A stretch of DNA of 64,000 nt from sequence record PV805631.1; one strand, 5' to 3'. Below the pieces are notes generated by a model. The model made no database searches. It saw only the letters and a list, made by a program, of their open reading frames with translations, and was not told where the DNA came from. Both the position numbers and the translations under genes were made by a program. Origin of the DNA: a phage. Shown here piece by piece: positions 61,624 through 64,000 of the stretch (position 1 is the first letter of the stretch; every line of letters begins with the position of its first letter).

Positions 61624-62284
61624 GTACTAGTTTAGAACCAGCAATCTCTTTAGTAGGTACACCACTATTGATTGCATTAATTTGCTGTTCAGCTAATGCA
61701 GCAAGTGTTGCCTTGAGATCAGTCAACCCAGAGTTCTCTCTCAAGTCCAGATTGATATTCGTTACCTGATCTTTCGGTTTAGCTAAGTGGGTAAGGATAG
61801 AGTTAGCTGCATCACATCTTACCTTCTCACTTACCGCTGTAGTCATCAGTTCAACCTGAACATTGATTGCCTTCTGATAGTTGTCTTGGTTCACAATCCA
61901 CACCGGAACCAAACTTTGTTCCATGATGAGGTTAACTAACTTACCTCTGTGATAAGCAGATACGTAAGCACTAATATCTTTCTCACTGGTTCCTCGAGCT
62001 ACAAGTTCTGCTTGTCGGTTAGGAAATGTTTTGAAGTAGGCTTCCTTATTTGAGTAGCCCATGTGTTTGTAAGTCACATACTGAACTGCATTCATGTAGT
62101 CCTGCGTCTTAAACTTACCCTCTTTCATAACACCAGAGTAAGAGATGAAGTTTTCACGAAATGCTTCAGCAACCAGTTGGTCTTGGGTTATGTTGTTAAT
62201 CGTGTCTACCAACTCCTGGCTTACACTGTTCTTGAAGTTAGCAGGTAAGGCATTAATGATTTGCTGCTTAGTTAGCTCTCTCAT
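61595..62284 (-). CDS. Hypothetical protein upstream of terminase (possible small terminase subunit)
   Basis: 229 aa, first gene of the late block, overlaps the terminase start; functional call by position only. Confidence 0.4.
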   Translation of the reverse strand: MRELTKQQIINALPANFKNSVSQELVDTINNITQDQLVAEAFRENFISYSGVMKEGKFKTQDYMNAVQYVTYKHMGYSNKEAYFKTFPNRQAELVARGTSEKDISAYVSAYHRGKLVNLIMEQSLVPVWIVNQDNYQKAINVQVELMTTAVSEKVRCDAANSILTHLAKPKDQVTNINLDLRENSGLTDLKATLAALAEQQINAINSGVPTKEIAGSKLVRADEDITDV

Positions 62285-62455
62285 ACTTATCTCTCTACAA
62301 AGTTATGTCTATTAACGAAGATTCTTTTCTTGGGGTGAGATACCCCTTGAAGAAACTCTAACACACAGTTACACTTTAGTCATGATATAGAAAAAGTTCA
62401 TGATACTAAATAGTATGTAATGTTCCGATGACCCTATTCCCAAAAGGAGTAACCT
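62285..62455. promoter_or_regulatory. Divergent intergenic region between late and early-type genes
   Basis: 170-bp AT-rich spacer between oppositely oriented genes; contains hairpin GGGGT-GAGAT-ACCCC and direct repeats TCATGATA. Confidence 0.4.
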
Positions 62456-62746
62456 TTGAGAATCTATATGAGAGTCATCGACTCTAAAGACGAATACTCA
62501 GAGATAGACCATACCAAAGCTGGCTTTATGGCTGGTGACATAATCCTTACCCATGACGAAGATACATTCCATGAGTTATCTGGAATGATGCTATTAGAGA
62601 ACCGTCCTGGTATTACCATCTTAGAACCGCAAGAAACTTACTCTTTAGAAAAGTCTATTCCATCTCTTGTGTTCTTCACAAAATTACCTCATAGTGTCTC
62701 CATCAAACGAAGCAAAGATAGCGTTCGGATGACGGTGATGATGTGA
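62456..62746 (+). CDS. Early-type hypothetical protein
   Basis: RBS AGGAG 6 nt upstream of a TTG at 62456, with ATG at 62468 in frame. Confidence 0.4.
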   Translation: MRIYMRVIDSKDEYSEIDHTKAGFMAGDIILTHDEDTFHELSGMMLLENRPGITILEPQETYSLEKSIPSLVFFTKLPHSVSIKRSKDSVRMTVMM

Positions 62747-62895
62747 TTAGTCATACCGCCTAGTAGACAGTGGCGGTACTCGTAAAGAGTTAATAACTTC
62801 TACAGTCAGGGTTCCCCGGCTCCTTTCCTACTCCGTAGGTCTAACGGTACATAAGTACCTAGGGGGGTGAACTGACCCGTGATTGAAAACGGTAA

Positions 62896-62933
62896 GGGGT
62901 AGGGTCGAGAGGCTCTACCCCATTTCTTTTTCT
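62896..62933 (+). terminator. Intrinsic terminator-like hairpin immediately upstream of the next gene
   Basis: Stem GGGGTAG...CTACCCC with inner pairs, followed by ATTTCTTTTTCT; RBS GGAGG follows directly. Confidence 0.55.
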
Positions 62934-62947
62934 GGAGGCATGCAATT

Positions 62948-63346
62948 ATGAGCATCTACGCTTTTGATATTGATATTACTGGAGTACTCCGTAAACAGGA
63001 ACCCTATTACCTTGGGGAACCAGAAGTAGTAAGTAAGTTCACTGCCCCGTCACAATCAGTATTCTTACCAGATTGCGAAGAGTCCCATGAAATAATTGGT
63101 TCTCTTTTCTTATCCAATCTTCAACTTAACACTGAGATACTTACTGAACCAAGGGTGTATGACCTTACCTATTATGATGGGTTTAACGAGTTCTTCCCCG
63201 GCATACGCTTCTATAAGATAGATGGTTGGGAATTGATAGCTGACCATAACGTCTTTAATAAGACACTTTCCATTTACTTCAGATCTATCCCTAAAGGAAG
63301 GAAAATCAATCATGAAATTCATAATGACCATCCCCAGTTTTGTTGA
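62948..63346 (+). CDS. Early-type hypothetical protein
   Basis: 132-aa ORF with RBS GGAGG. Confidence 0.4.
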   Translation: MSIYAFDIDITGVLRKQEPYYLGEPEVVSKFTAPSQSVFLPDCEESHEIIGSLFLSNLQLNTEILTEPRVYDLTYYDGFNEFFPGIRFYKIDGWELIADHNVFNKTLSIYFRSIPKGRKINHEIHNDHPQFC

Positions 63347-63356
63347 GGGGGAATCT

Positions 63357-63626
63357 ATGTACACAACTGACTTCTCTTTAGAAGAGGTCATGAACAGCAA
63401 CCCCCAGCAAGTAATCCTGGTTCCTACCTTAGAGAATTATCACGAAGTAAGGGGTCAACTCTTCTTAGCAGGCAATGACCGTAAGGTTGTATGCATTATC
63501 CCACCTTCTGTCTATACCAACTATAACGCTAATGACCCCATACCGTACATGCTGGTATCCGATGAATACCAATGGGGGAGTCGTTACGAGAATGGTGAAT
63601 ATCATTACTACTATGTAAGGAAGTAG
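63357..63626 (+). CDS. Early-type hypothetical protein
   Basis: ORF frame 63312-63626; start taken at internal ATG 63357 with RBS GAGGGGGAA. Confidence 0.35.
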   Translation: MYTTDFSLEEVMNSNPQQVILVPTLENYHEVRGQLFLAGNDRKVVCIIPPSVYTNYNANDPIPYMLVSDEYQWGSRYENGEYHYYYVRK

Positions 63627-63629
63627 GGT

Positions 63630-63941
63630 ATGCACCTGTACTGCCTGATTAGCTATGCCACTACCTGTTATCTATCCCCGTATACAATGGATAATATTCT
63701 GGCAGGTAAGGGGAGTGCTGCCACCATCCTATATGAACCAAGTGAAGAAGCAGAAGTATTCCTAGGTACTTGCTTAATACTGGGGCAACCTATCCAATTC
63801 ATTAAGATAGTGGATTCTGTGGAAATACCGGAGCACACCTGTGTGTACATACTGTCTGATAAAGAGCCTATGGTAGCTACTACTCTTACAGGTAGACTCA
63901 TTACCCTTTACCCTTCCTCCTATTTAACTGCTTATAAGTGA
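63630..63941 (+). CDS. Early-type hypothetical protein
   Basis: 103-aa ORF starting 4 nt after the previous stop. Confidence 0.4.
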   Translation: MHLYCLISYATTCYLSPYTMDNILAGKGSAATILYEPSEEAEVFLGTCLILGQPIQFIKIVDSVEIPEHTCVYILSDKEPMVATTLTGRLITLYPSSYLTAYK

Positions 63942-64000
63942 GATAGCTATAATATTTTTGCATGTCAAAATTGTGATAGCTATGTATGGCTGTAGTGGTG

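Noticed and set aside
1-64000. CRISPR array or other regularly spaced direct repeats
   Set aside because: No regularly spaced direct repeats were seen by eye; the only recurring short motifs are hairpin stems and the two T-arm-like 11-mers.

Overview
This window reads as most of the genome of an N4-like podovirus (Schitoviridae-type architecture); all calls are from reading the sequence and ORF track, with no database searches run. Plus strand, 1-26.8 kb: the C-terminal end of a T7-like phage RNA polymerase, then middle/replication genes (MoxR-like AAA+ ATPase and vWA/metallopeptidase pair, dCTP deaminase, ThyX, rIIA/rIIB-like, Dda-like helicase, family A DNA polymerase, Cas4-like nuclease, primase-like protein, Sak4-like ATPase, SSB-like protein, RuvC-like resolvase) with three free-standing HNH-AP2 endonuclease genes interspersed. 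26.8-28.4 kb is a hairpin-rich non-coding junction where the two convergent transcription blocks meet, closed by strong terminators. Minus strand, 28.4-62.3 kb: the late block, with a giant 3759-aa virion RNA polymerase, virion proteins, major capsid protein, portal, a holin/SAR-endolysin/embedded-spanin lysis cassette, two beta-helix tailspikes and the large terminase. 62.3-64 kb returns to small plus-strand ORFs of early-gene type. The most unusual items are the non-coding junction with two tRNA T-arm-like motifs, the homing endonuclease that splits the ATPase/vWA pair, a superinfection-immunity-like membrane protein, and the Cas4-like Fe-S nuclease in the recombination module. No CRISPR array or canonical tRNA/rRNA could be supported.
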